Source: a bacterium HR28
Lineage (GTDB): Bacteria > Chloroflexota > Chloroflexia > Thermomicrobiales > Thermomicrobiaceae
Length of the DNA: 64,000 bases
Reading direction: 5' to 3'
NCBI GenBank assembly: GCA_002898255.1
Contig: BEIE01000006.1
Location: forward strand, 49,251 to 113,250
A model generated the notes under the pieces. That model was not told the origin of the DNA. It did no database searches and worked only from the letters and a program-made list of their open reading frames with translations. The position numbers and the translations under genes are program-made. This document shows positions 29,445 through 38,042 of the stretch, piece after piece. How positions within the stretch are numbered: the stretch's first letter is position 1; every line of letters starts with the position of its first letter.

Positions 29445-31316
29445 TTATTCCTCCAGGATACAGGCGCAGGTGTTCACCTCACGCACCACGACCCGCTCGC
29501 CTGCAAAGACGTGCGTCGTGCAGGGCATGCAGGGGTCGAAGCTCCGGATTGCGCGCAGAATGTCGATAGCCTTGAAGTCCTCCGGGCTATTGAACTGCTC
29601 GATGATCGGCGTGTTCAGCACTGCCTCCTCGTACGGTCCCGGGTTTCCCCACGGATCACGCGGGGAGGCATTGATGGTCGACGGGGTGATGATCTGGTAG
29701 TTGGTCAGCACCCCGTTGTCCATCGTCAGGTGATGGGTCAGGTAACCGCGACCGGCACCCCAGAAGCCAACGCCGATCCGGAAGTCACGCGGCACAGTGA
29801 AGTCGCGGCTCACCGCCGTGTTGCCTTGCTTCATCAGCTCGTAGCCGATGAGTAGGTTGTTCAGGGCGACCAGAGCCGTGTACGCTTCGGCATACGCCCG
29901 CGCGCGGTTGCGCTCGATCGCGTTCCAGTCGGCTGGAATGTGCCACTCGAGGGTCATCTCGGGCAGGCGTCCCTTGGGTACCAGCATGCGCAGGCTCTGG
30001 CCAGTGGACTCGATGAAGGGGTTCTCCGGGATCTTCTTGGCCGCTGCCGTCGTCCACATGCGCACGTAGACGCCGGCCTCCATGACCGTGCGGTCCCAGC
30101 GCGGTGTGCAGGCCCAGGTGTACTTCTCCTTCCAGCTTCGGCCGGTCGGCTTGGGGCGAGTCTGCTTGTTCCAGGGATGGTAGGGGCTCAGCGGGTTACC
30201 GACCGGATCAGTCTTCAGCGGGTAGTCGTTCCAGTCATCGTAGTAGGAGTGTTCGACGAACTCTTCCAAACCAGCGTTGAGCAGATGGAGATTCGTCGTG
30301 ACGAGCTCGCCGTCGCGGACAACGCCCGGCGTATTCCATCGGCGCTCGCCCCAGTGGTCGGCGTGTCGGTAGTCGGCATCGTACGCCTCGTGGTGATCCC
30401 AGATTCCCGCATCGATCAGGTTCTTCGGACGGGCGCCGACCTGACGGAAGCGTGGCTCGATCTCGTAGAGGAAGTTGAAGACATCGTCCCACAGCAGCGC
30501 CATCTTCTTGGAGTAGTCAAGCAGGTCAAACAGACGCACCTGGTATTCATTGAGGACTCTCATCGAGATCGTTGTGCTGATCCCACCGGGCACAATTGTC
30601 TGCGGGTGGGGGTACTTGCCCCAAACCAGCACCGTCATCTCGCGTGCCTTGCGCGTCATCTCCAGGGCTTCGAGGTAGAGCGAACCAGTCAACGGGTTCA
30701 GCGCCGTCATGATCTCACCGATCGTCTTGAACCCGTGAACATCCGCGTTCGGGGCCAACGCGGTCTGGGCGCGCTCCCAGATCTCCGGGTTCGTCGCGCG
30801 GATCACCGTTTCGGAGTAGTCTGGTCCGGCGAGCAGGAAGAGGTGCAACGGATGGTCGTAGAGGAACTCAGCTGTCTGCCCCAGGTTGCGCACGACGATC
30901 CCCATCGGGGGCGGCGGTGTTCCGAAAGCCATCTCGATCGCCTCGGCTGAGCAGTTCGCGTGCACACCCCCGCACACGCCGCAAGCCCGGCTGCTGATGA
31001 AGATCGCATCGCGCGGATCGCGTCCCTTGAGGATCACCTCGTAGCCGCGGAATAGTGTCGCCATCGAGTGCGCATCGAGGACTTTGCGGTTCTCCAGATC
31101 CACGACGGCATGGAAAGCGAGTGCCCCCGCCACGCGAGTGACCGGATCGATGCTCACCTCGTGAATGTGGCCGTTGCGACGCAAGAGCTCCTCGATCCGC
31201 TCTTGTTGAGTCGCTACGGTCTTGGTCGAAGTGTAGGCATATGGGTCGCGAATATCGCTTCGCAGGCGGGCCCTGCCTGACTCGTCGAACTCGATCGGCA
31301 GATTCTTGAAGCACAT
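29445..31316 (-). CDS. hylL: [NiFe]-hydrogenase large subunit, group 1l-like
   Basis: L1 SRACGVCGGVH and L2 RSFDPCMPCTTH, which differ from group 1h CGICGDNH/DPCLPCGVH; DPVTRV, FRGYE; 21-aa C-terminal extension. Confidence 0.9.
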   Translation of the reverse strand: MCFKNLPIEFDESGRARLRSDIRDPYAYTSTKTVATQQERIEELLRRNGHIHEVSIDPVTRVAGALAFHAVVDLENRKVLDAHSMATLFRGYEVILKGRDPRDAIFISSRACGVCGGVHANCSAEAIEMAFGTPPPPMGIVVRNLGQTAEFLYDHPLHLFLLAGPDYSETVIRATNPEIWERAQTALAPNADVHGFKTIGEIMTALNPLTGSLYLEALEMTRKAREMTVLVWGKYPHPQTIVPGGISTTISMRVLNEYQVRLFDLLDYSKKMALLWDDVFNFLYEIEPRFRQVGARPKNLIDAGIWDHHEAYDADYRHADHWGERRWNTPGVVRDGELVTTNLHLLNAGLEEFVEHSYYDDWNDYPLKTDPVGNPLSPYHPWNKQTRPKPTGRSWKEKYTWACTPRWDRTVMEAGVYVRMWTTAAAKKIPENPFIESTGQSLRMLVPKGRLPEMTLEWHIPADWNAIERNRARAYAEAYTALVALNNLLIGYELMKQGNTAVSRDFTVPRDFRIGVGFWGAGRGYLTHHLTMDNGVLTNYQIITPSTINASPRDPWGNPGPYEEAVLNTPIIEQFNSPEDFKAIDILRAIRSFDPCMPCTTHVFAGERVVVREVNTCACILEE

Positions 31317-31333
31317 GGCGGGACCTCCTCGCT

Positions 31334-31633
31334 CTAGGTCCTCTCGGTCGCTCTCCCCGTCGTTAGTCGCGCGAGCTGCTCATCGAGCCGCCGCAGCTCA
31401 TTGGCCAGTACCGTGCCAGAGGCCACTATGGACTCAAGACCACGCTGCAGCGGCGGGAGCTGGGCTTGCAGCAGTGAGGTTTGCCGCTCGATTGCGGCGA
31501 CACCCCAGACAATCTTCGAGGCGGTTCCGTGGATACGCTCAAGCGCCTGCCGTATACGACTCAGCGCGTAGGCCAGCACGACGAGGAAGAGCAGGAAAAG
31601 TGCGCTAGAGAGCAGGGTGAGCAGCAGGACCAT
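31334..31633 (-). CDS. Small single-TM coiled-coil hydrogenase accessory protein (HylTM-like) 4
   Basis: N-terminal TM helix followed by amphipathic helix; RBS AAGGAG. Confidence 0.8.
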   Translation of the reverse strand: MVLLLTLLSSALFLLFLVVLAYALSRIRQALERIHGTASKIVWGVAAIERQTSLLQAQLPPLQRGLESIVASGTVLANELRRLDEQLARLTTGRATERT

Positions 31634-31645
31634 CAGTCAACTCCT

Positions 31646-31936
31646 TCAGCTTACGAGCCCCAAGGAACGAAGCTTCACCCCGAGTGAGGCGGCGATACGC
31701 TCGATCTCGGCGACGGCCACGCCGAGTTGATCAGCCGCTGCAACCACTGCCGGCATCGTGGAAAGCGCATGAGCGTGGCGACCGATTCCTTCGATGGAGA
31801 CAAGTGCCTCACGGGCCAGATGATCGATCACCCGCAAGTGCGCGATGACTCGGAGTACCAAGAGTAGAGCAATGATGGTGGTGATGAGAGCCACCAGGAG
31901 CGCCACGATCCAGACAATAACCGCGAGCACGAGCAT
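31646..31936 (-). CDS. Small single-TM coiled-coil hydrogenase accessory protein (HylTM-like) 3
   Basis: N-terminal TM helix followed by amphipathic helix; RBS GAGGAG. Confidence 0.8.
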   Translation of the reverse strand: MLVLAVIVWIVALLVALITTIIALLLVLRVIAHLRVIDHLAREALVSIEGIGRHAHALSTMPAVVAAADQLGVAVAEIERIAASLGVKLRSLGLVS

Positions 31937-31947
31937 TGTTCAACTCC

Positions 31948-32250
31948 TCAGGCAACCTGCGAGCGCTCAACCACCTCAGGCGCACCGACGGGTGCAGCCC
32001 CAAGATGCTCGGCCGTCCGATCGAGTGATTCCGCCACTGCTGTCAGATCTTTGTGGACTCGCTCGAGCTGGACGTTCAGGTCGGTCGTTGCGGTTTCTAC
32101 AGCTCGCATGAGCGTGGCAATCTGAGCAAACGTTCCACCGATTCTGCGGAGGTAAAAGAGAATAGTCAGCAGCGCTACGGTCAGGACCAGCACCAGGACG
32201 ACAGCGTAGACAGCGGTGATCACAGCCAGGACGCGAACGAGCGTTTCCAT
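31948..32250 (-). CDS. Small single-TM coiled-coil hydrogenase accessory protein (HylTM-like) 2
   Basis: N-terminal TM helix followed by amphipathic helix; RBS GAGGAGG. Confidence 0.8.
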   Translation of the reverse strand: METLVRVLAVITAVYAVVLVLVLTVALLTILFYLRRIGGTFAQIATLMRAVETATTDLNVQLERVHKDLTAVAESLDRTAEHLGAAPVGAPEVVERSQVA

Positions 32251-32259
32251 AGTCCCTCC

Positions 32260-32550
32260 TCAGCGCTGCTGTGCCCGCTCCAGCCGCTCGTTGAGCGTGC
32301 GGGCGGCCTCAGCGATCGCGTCGAGCCGGTTGAGAATCCGAGTTGCGACCTGGTTTGTCTGAGCGAGCAGGGGGATGCTTGTCGTGTTCGCTGCAATCCC
32401 CTTACCGGCCTGCCAGATAGCCGCGGCGTGCCGGTCGATCCGCTCGACTGCTCGCCAAATGGCGATGAGCAGGATCGCGACAACGAGTACCACGACCAGC
32501 GCGATCGCCAGGACGAGCCACCAGAAAGCGGTTACGGTCATCTCCGGCAT
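32260..32550 (-). CDS. Small single-TM coiled-coil hydrogenase accessory protein (HylTM-like) 1
   Basis: N-terminal TM helix followed by amphipathic helix; start MPEMTV. Confidence 0.8.
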   Translation of the reverse strand: MPEMTVTAFWWLVLAIALVVVLVVAILLIAIWRAVERIDRHAAAIWQAGKGIAANTTSIPLLAQTNQVATRILNRLDAIAEAARTLNERLERAQQR

Positions 32551-32579
32551 CACGATCCCCTCTCGAGTTACCAAGTGCC

Positions 32580-33806
32580 CTATTCAGGCTTTGCTGATGA
32601 GCCACGCCAGCGCAGCCGGTTGTAGAAAAACTCCACAGTTCGCTCGATGATCGGCACGTCGTACTCAGCGCCCCAACCGCTCGGGATCGCTCGCTGACGG
32701 TCCCAGCGCGTCTCACGGTTGCGGTCGCGCTGGGTGATACGGCGCAGCGGGCGGATGAACGAACCATTGAGTCGTGAGACTGTGCTTGAGAGGGTTGATC
32801 CTGGAGGGGCCTTATAGAACGGCGAGAACTTGTCCGGGAAACCGGGCATGGTGCAGCCGATGCAGGGTCCCCCGACATTCATGCAGCCACCGAGGCCGTT
32901 GATGGCCCCGCGACTGGTGATGTTGCAGTTGACGACTGGTCCCCAACAGCCGATCTCGACCAGGCACTCCGGGTCGCCGTAATGCTCAGCGAAGACACCT
33001 TCCTCGTAGTATCCGGCGCGGGTGCACTGCCGGTGCACCGTCTCGCCGAAGAGCCAGGCTGGACGGCCCAACTCGTCGAACTCTGGCACCGGGCCGAGGC
33101 CTTGCAGGAAGAGGAGCACTGCGGCCACAGTCTCGGTGAAGTTATCGCCCACCGGAGCGCAGCCGGGGATGTTGATGACCGGCAGGCCGAGTGCACTGCG
33201 GTAGTCGCGACCCAGGAAGTCCATCACACTCATCGCTCCGGTGGCGTTGTGGTAGGCGGACGGGATCCCACCCCAGGTCGCGCAGGTACCGATCGCGATA
33301 ACCGCGGCCGCACCGGGTGCCAGCCGCTTCAACCAAACTGCGGATGGTACTTGCTTGAATTGGCCGGTCTGCTCATCGAACTCCTCACCGACAGCCGACC
33401 AGTATCCTTCACCGGCTCGTGTTTCGTCCGGCACCGAGCCCTCGTAGACGATCACATAAGGGGCACCGAGCGTACCCTCGAGCGCCCGCTGCATCGGCTC
33501 GACGAAGGGGTCACCAGACTCCACATTGACCGCTGAGTGATGGAGCAAGATCTGGGGCAGGCCAGGTAACGACCCCATAAGGAGATCTTCGACCCGTGGC
33601 GCTACCGCGCCCAGCACAGAGATGGTGCACCCGTCGCAGCTCATCCCAGCGAGCCAGAAGACGTGGACGTGGGTATACGGGCCAAGCAGGCTGTCGCGTC
33701 CCAGTTGTTCCCGGGCGAGGCGCTGGATCTCCTCGGTCGTCGCCCCGGCGACGTTACCGACCATGCCAAGCTTCGGACGCACCTTCGGCTTCACGTCGAT
33801 GGCCAT
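32580..33806 (-). CDS. hylS: [NiFe]-hydrogenase small subunit, group 1l-like (no Tat signal)
   Basis: Fe-S ligand motifs GMSCDGCT, GTCATWGGIP, IPGCAP, HRQCTR, CLVEIGCWGP and GPCIGCTMPGFP. Confidence 0.92.
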   Translation of the reverse strand: MAIDVKPKVRPKLGMVGNVAGATTEEIQRLAREQLGRDSLLGPYTHVHVFWLAGMSCDGCTISVLGAVAPRVEDLLMGSLPGLPQILLHHSAVNVESGDPFVEPMQRALEGTLGAPYVIVYEGSVPDETRAGEGYWSAVGEEFDEQTGQFKQVPSAVWLKRLAPGAAAVIAIGTCATWGGIPSAYHNATGAMSVMDFLGRDYRSALGLPVINIPGCAPVGDNFTETVAAVLLFLQGLGPVPEFDELGRPAWLFGETVHRQCTRAGYYEEGVFAEHYGDPECLVEIGCWGPVVNCNITSRGAINGLGGCMNVGGPCIGCTMPGFPDKFSPFYKAPPGSTLSSTVSRLNGSFIRPLRRITQRDRNRETRWDRQRAIPSGWGAEYDVPIIERTVEFFYNRLRWRGSSAKPE

Positions 33807-34611
33807 TGTGAGTCTCCTTCTTCAGCAGGGTTCTGCCATTCTCTAGGATGTGCTCTGTCAGTTTTGCGATCGCGCGCACCGCTGGTGCAGTCGGCATGTA
33901 GTCGAGGAGCGCGCGGCCGAGTCGGTCGGCTTCCTGAACCGCCTCGTCGAAGGGGATCGATCCGATCACGCTCACGTCGAGGCGAGCGCAATAGTCGCGG
34001 ATCGCAGCTTCATCCTCTGGTGATCGCACCTTGTTGGCCACGACACCGATGCACCCAATACCGAGCTCGCGGGCGAGGGGCACAATCCGGCCGAGGGTCT
34101 CCAGTGCCCGGAAGTACGGTTCGACTACGACGAGCAGCATATCGACGTGACGCACAGTTCCCCGGCTCAGATGCTCGATCGAAGCCTCCATATCGAGAAT
34201 GGTGACGTCCTCGGGACGGAGCGTGCCGAGTTCGGCTACCACGCCGCGCACGGCGGCGTGCTGCCCACACAGTCAGCCGCGGCCGGCGCCGAGCAGGCCA
34301 GTCATTGCCAAGACGCGGACACCGTCCGGGCCGATCACACCGTAGCGCGTGATAATCTCCTCGAACGGGCAGATCAGATGGAGGGAGGCGTGACCATCAC
34401 TGTCCACTCGTTCCTCGAGGATCTCCTCGCGCGGCACCCGCCGGAGCTGCTCGATCTGCTCCGTGGACAGACCAAGTGCCCGCGCGAGGTTCGGGTTCGG
34501 GTCGTCGTCCAGGGCGTTAACCGAGTACCCGCGCTGTGCGGCCAGCCGAGCCATCGTCGCAGCGAGCGTCGTCTTCCCAGCTCCGCCTTTGCCCGCGACG
34601 GCAATCCGCAT
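33754..34611 (-). CDS. cooC: CooC/AcsF-like nickel-insertion ATPase, predicted selenoprotein (Sec113, G-U-L-C; 285 aa)
   Basis: ORFs 34273..34668 and 33754..34251 are one frame joined through TGA 34275-34273: GKGGAGKTT...AGRG-U-LCGQHAAVRG...DMEASIEHLSRGT. The TGA sits at the first Cys of the CooC CxC motif. Confidence 0.88.
34240..34275 (-). promoter_or_regulatory. Putative bacterial SECIS (cooC-like gene)
   Basis: UGA-N12-CACGCCGC-[CGUGC]-GCGGCGUG, a perfect 8-bp stem with GU in the loop. Confidence 0.72.
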
Positions 34612-34761
34612 GTTGCCTCCTTTTAAAGGTGCCGATCGTTCGACTCCAGCACGGCATTGGGGACTCAAGGGAAATTACTTTCCGGTATGCCGGAGAGGTC
34701 TAGGGTATCGAGACGATCGGCTGGTGTACACGACTTATCGCGTCATCCGGCGTGTGTTCCC

Positions 34762-34791
34762 ATTATAATTCGTCGAGTAGAAAAAGGTCAA
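34762..34791 (-). promoter_or_regulatory. Sigma70-type promoter of the cooC-hydrogenase operon
   Basis: TTGACC-N18-TATAAT on the minus strand, about 150 nt upstream of cooC. Confidence 0.65.
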
Positions 34792-34899
34792 GGAGGTCGT
34801 GGGAAACTTCCTATCCCGGAAAAGCTGGCAAAGAGATAACCTCAGAGGATTGAGCGCTAACGAAGAAAGTCATATGTGAATCACAACCTGGGCCGGCGC

Positions 34900-34920
34900 G
34901 AGTATTAGCGAACTAATATC
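34900..34920. promoter_or_regulatory. Palindromic operator upstream of the XRE gene
   Basis: GAGTATTAGCGAACTAATATC (TATTAG-N4-CTAATA); 16/21 identical to the site at 38518-38538. Confidence 0.65.
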
Positions 34921-34988
34921 CCAGCACAGTGCCAAGACGAGCGAAGCGTGGACTGCTGTGGGGCTCTGAAGAACGGAGGAGTGTTGCC

Positions 34989-35303
34989 ATGAGCGCTACT
35001 TCAGGTAGCTCCCAAACCTTCGCCGAGGTGCTCAGGCGGGAGCGGAAACGCCGGGGTTGGACGCAAGCCCAGTTGGCCGAGCGCTTGCAGGTACGCCAGT
35101 CAGCGATCTCTCACTGGGAGAGCGGCCGGGAGCGACCGGCGCTCGAGCATTTGCTTCTACTTCTCCTTCTCTTTCCAGACCTCCTCACGACGCTGACGCT
35201 CGAGGAGCGCCGCCAGCTCTATAACTTGACCCGTGTCCAGCGAACTCTAGCAACCGAATGCTTGTGCTCAGGCTGTCGCTGTGGCGCGAGCACAGCGGCC
35301 TAG
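34989..35303 (+). CDS. XRE-family HTH regulator with C-terminal CxCxxCxC tail
   Basis: LRRERKRRGWTQAQLAERLQVRQSAISHWESGRERP; tail ECLCSGCRCG; GGAGGA RBS. Confidence 0.88.
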   Translation: MSATSGSSQTFAEVLRRERKRRGWTQAQLAERLQVRQSAISHWESGRERPALEHLLLLLLLFPDLLTTLTLEERRQLYNLTRVQRTLATECLCSGCRCGASTAA

Positions 35304-35379
35304 CTTCCAGAGAACGTGGAGGGGATAGAGACCGGCCGGTATCCTCATGGCCGGTCAGTCAAATTTCTCTGTTCAAGGT

Positions 35380-37179
35380 TTACTCACTGCTGAGCGCAGT
35401 CTTCCTAACCTGTTCGGGGTCGCCCTTCCACCACATCCACGTTCCAGGCTCACCATCGAGGACGATTTCGGCCCCCGGCTCCAGTTCCCCAGCGAGCAAT
35501 GCGCGGGCAATTGGGTCCAGCACTTCACGATCGATGAGTCGCCGGAGTGGGCGCGCACCGAGCTCGCGGTCGTGCCCGGCGCGCGCGAGAGCGCTGCGGG
35601 CGCTTGGGGACAGACGTACCCTGACTCCCCAGAGACTGAGGCGCTGCTGCGCCCGCTCGAGCTGGAGGTCGACGATTTGCTCCATCGCCTCAAGGGAAAG
35701 TGGAGCGAAGAGGACGATATCGTCCAGGCGGTTGAGTAACTCGGGGCGAAAGAGTCGGCGAGCGTAGGAGAGGAACACTTCCGGCGCTCGTTCACCGGCT
35801 CCGATTGCTTCCTGAGATCCGGCGTTGGAAGTAAGCACAATCAGTGTGTTGTGAAAGTCGACCGTACGGCCATATCCGTCGGTGAGGCGGCCGTCCTCGA
35901 GGATCTGGAGCAGAAGGTTCAGTACATCGGGATGTGCTTTCTCGGCTTCGTCGAAGAGGACCACCGAGAAGGGGCGTCGCAAGACCGGATCGGTCAACTG
36001 GCCTGGCAGCCCGAAGCCAACGTATCCAGGTGGAGCACCAATCAAGCGGGCTACGGCGTGCCGCTCCATGTATTCACTCATATCTATGCGGATCAGCGAC
36101 TCTTCGTCGCCGAAGAGAAACTCGGCGAGGGCTCGAGCGAGCTCGGTTTTCCCGACACCGGTTGGACCGATAAAGAGGAACGAGCCGAGCGGACGGCGTG
36201 GGTCACCGAGGCCGGTGCGTGCCCGCCGGAGGGCTCTGGCGACGGCGCGGATCGCTGGTTCCTGGCCGACCACACGCCTGGCAAGAGCACTTTCGATCTC
36301 CAGCCAGTGACGTTCGCCACCGGAGCCGGGGGAGAGCATGTCCAATCCGCTGAGCGGTAACCCTGTGCGCAGCGCAACTGCCTCAAGTAGGCGGTTGCGC
36401 CCCACTACCGTCTCGCCATCGAGGTGTGCCAGCGCGGCTGCATGATCGAGGATCTGGAGGGCGCTGCCGGGTAGCACGTGTGCGCGCAGAAAGCGCTGGG
36501 CCAGTTGAATGGCCAGGCGCAGCGCTTCAGGCGCGAATTCCACTTGATGGTGCGCTTGCAACCGTGGCAGGTGAGCCCGTAACACGGCCTCGCAGGCTGC
36601 CTCGTCCCAGGCTGGCATCTCGATGACCTGGACCAGCATGTCCCAATTAGGAATGGACTGCGTGAGGCGTGCTGCCTGTTCGGGGGTGAGTGGCAGGACG
36701 ATTCCTCCCGCATTCAGGAGTGCGCGAAGGGCGATGTTGCCAGAGGTCGCGTCACTGTTGCTCAGACCGAGCAACTCGGCCCCTTCGAGGACGACGACCA
36801 GGCGGCCAGACCCGGCAGCAATCTCTCGGCTAAGCTGCTCTGCACGTTGCTCGAGTTCGCCACGGTAACGGGCACCGGAGACGAGACGGGCGACATCAAT
36901 CCAGAAGACCTGGTAATTGAGGAGCTCGGCTGGGGCATCACGGTGCGCGATCGCTTGGGCCAGCGCTCGCAGCGCGCTGCGTCTGCCGGAGCCAGGAGGT
37001 CCGACCAACGCGACGTTCCCTTTGAACGTGCTGCGGAGTGCGGCCGTGAGGCGCCTGGTCAGCTCGTGCCGTTGGACGAGAGGTTGTGGCTGAGCGAGCA
37101 ATGCTCTGGTGAGATCGTAGCCGTAACGGGCGAGTTCATTCCAGCGTGCCCAACCAGACCCATTCCCTCTTCGCACCAT
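35380..37179 (-). CDS. Clp/Hsp100 AAA+ ATPase, truncated (no N- or M-domain, degenerate NBD1)
   Basis: NBD2 intact: GPTGVGKTE, IDMSEY, GAPPGYVG, VLFDEAEKAH, RPELLNRLD, GARPLRR. NBD1 reads GPPGSGRR and VVVLEGAE. Confidence 0.88.
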   Translation of the reverse strand: MVRRGNGSGWARWNELARYGYDLTRALLAQPQPLVQRHELTRRLTAALRSTFKGNVALVGPPGSGRRSALRALAQAIAHRDAPAELLNYQVFWIDVARLVSGARYRGELEQRAEQLSREIAAGSGRLVVVLEGAELLGLSNSDATSGNIALRALLNAGGIVLPLTPEQAARLTQSIPNWDMLVQVIEMPAWDEAACEAVLRAHLPRLQAHHQVEFAPEALRLAIQLAQRFLRAHVLPGSALQILDHAAALAHLDGETVVGRNRLLEAVALRTGLPLSGLDMLSPGSGGERHWLEIESALARRVVGQEPAIRAVARALRRARTGLGDPRRPLGSFLFIGPTGVGKTELARALAEFLFGDEESLIRIDMSEYMERHAVARLIGAPPGYVGFGLPGQLTDPVLRRPFSVVLFDEAEKAHPDVLNLLLQILEDGRLTDGYGRTVDFHNTLIVLTSNAGSQEAIGAGERAPEVFLSYARRLFRPELLNRLDDIVLFAPLSLEAMEQIVDLQLERAQQRLSLWGVRVRLSPSARSALARAGHDRELGARPLRRLIDREVLDPIARALLAGELEPGAEIVLDGEPGTWMWWKGDPEQVRKTALSSE

Positions 37180-37602
37180 TCACGGGCCTACCTCGAACTC
37201 GAACCGTGCCTCGGAGCCCTCCGGCATGAGCATGACGATTGCTACCCAGTCACCGGGCATCGGAAATTTGATGACGCCAGTCCACTTCCCTGGGCCCTCG
37301 TAGTGCAAGGCCACTTCTGGATGGCCCATTGGCATCTCGGGCATATCGACGGTGAGGTGCGGCTCGACCTCGGTTGCCTCGACTGGCTTCCCACCTCGCG
37401 TGATCGTCACCATCAGTGACGTCCCTCTACCGCTCTTCGGCGGGTTGGGATCGAGTTGTAAGGTTACCTCGTACTCTCCGATACGCTGCGGCGCGGCCTT
37501 AAACTGCTCAGCCTCCACCCGACAGGCGGCTGTGGACAGGACTACCAGAGTCGGGAACAGCACGCTCCCGACCACCACGGAGACGACCCACCTCGACGTC
37601 AT
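37180..37602 (-). CDS. YtkA/FixH-family (lipo)protein
   Basis: Signal peptide ending STAAC; LDPNPP..G, MPEMPMGH, GKWTG and FPMPGDW are typical of YtkA-like Ig-fold metal chaperones. Confidence 0.82.
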   Translation of the reverse strand: MTSRWVVSVVVGSVLFPTLVVLSTAACRVEAEQFKAAPQRIGEYEVTLQLDPNPPKSGRGTSLMVTITRGGKPVEATEVEPHLTVDMPEMPMGHPEVALHYEGPGKWTGVIKFPMPGDWVAIVMLMPEGSEARFEFEVGP

Positions 37603-37616
37603 CGCGCTTCCGCCGC

Positions 37617-38033
37617 CTATGGACGGAAGAGACCCATGTCGACGCCAAAGAGAAACAGCACCGGCATCACGATCTGCATCATCACAAAGTAGGTGAGGGC
37701 CGCAGTGAAGAGGCTCACCTTGAACGCTTGCCTCGCCAACCGCTGGGCGACTGCTCCAGGGAGCCCGCTGACCCGCCGCCGCATAAGCAGCCAGGTCATC
37801 CCAAGAGTCAGCACAAGGCCGATGAGGACAAGAATTGGTCGCAAGCCAACCGGCGAGATCTTATCGAGTGCGAAGAGTGCCGCGTTCAAACCGGCTGCCC
37901 AGGTGGCAACTGCCACCAGCCCAACGCTTCAGCAGAGGCTTGCTGTTGTGCCACCAATGAGACCAGCGGCGATAGGGGCACGCCATTCGTCGGCTGCTTC
38001 GGACATAGCCATCGGGCGGGTATCTGCGATCAT
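37617..38033 (-). CDS. MerT-like membrane protein B, predicted selenoprotein (ASLC-U, Sec35; 138 aa)
   Basis: ATG 38033 with AGGAGGG RBS; MIADT...GGTTASLC-TGA(37931-37929)-SVGLVAVATW continues in frame into ORF 37617..37916. Matches the MerT ASxCC motif; about 3 TM helices. Confidence 0.8.
37902..37931 (-). promoter_or_regulatory. Putative bacterial SECIS (MerT-like B)
   Basis: UGA-N11-GGUGGC-[AGUU]-GCCACC. Confidence 0.75.
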
Positions 38034-38042
38034 GCTTCCCTC

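Noticed and set aside
29515..29540. Possible [NiFeSe] hydrogenase, given the nearby selenoproteins
   Set aside because: The L2 motif is GAC CCC TGC ATG CCC TGC, so both residues are Cys.
34612..34760. About 140-nt leader of the cooC operon containing a tRNA T-loop-like GTTCGACTCC on the plus strand
   Set aside because: No cloverleaf (not selC), and no match to NiCo or other riboswitch consensus that I can recognise.
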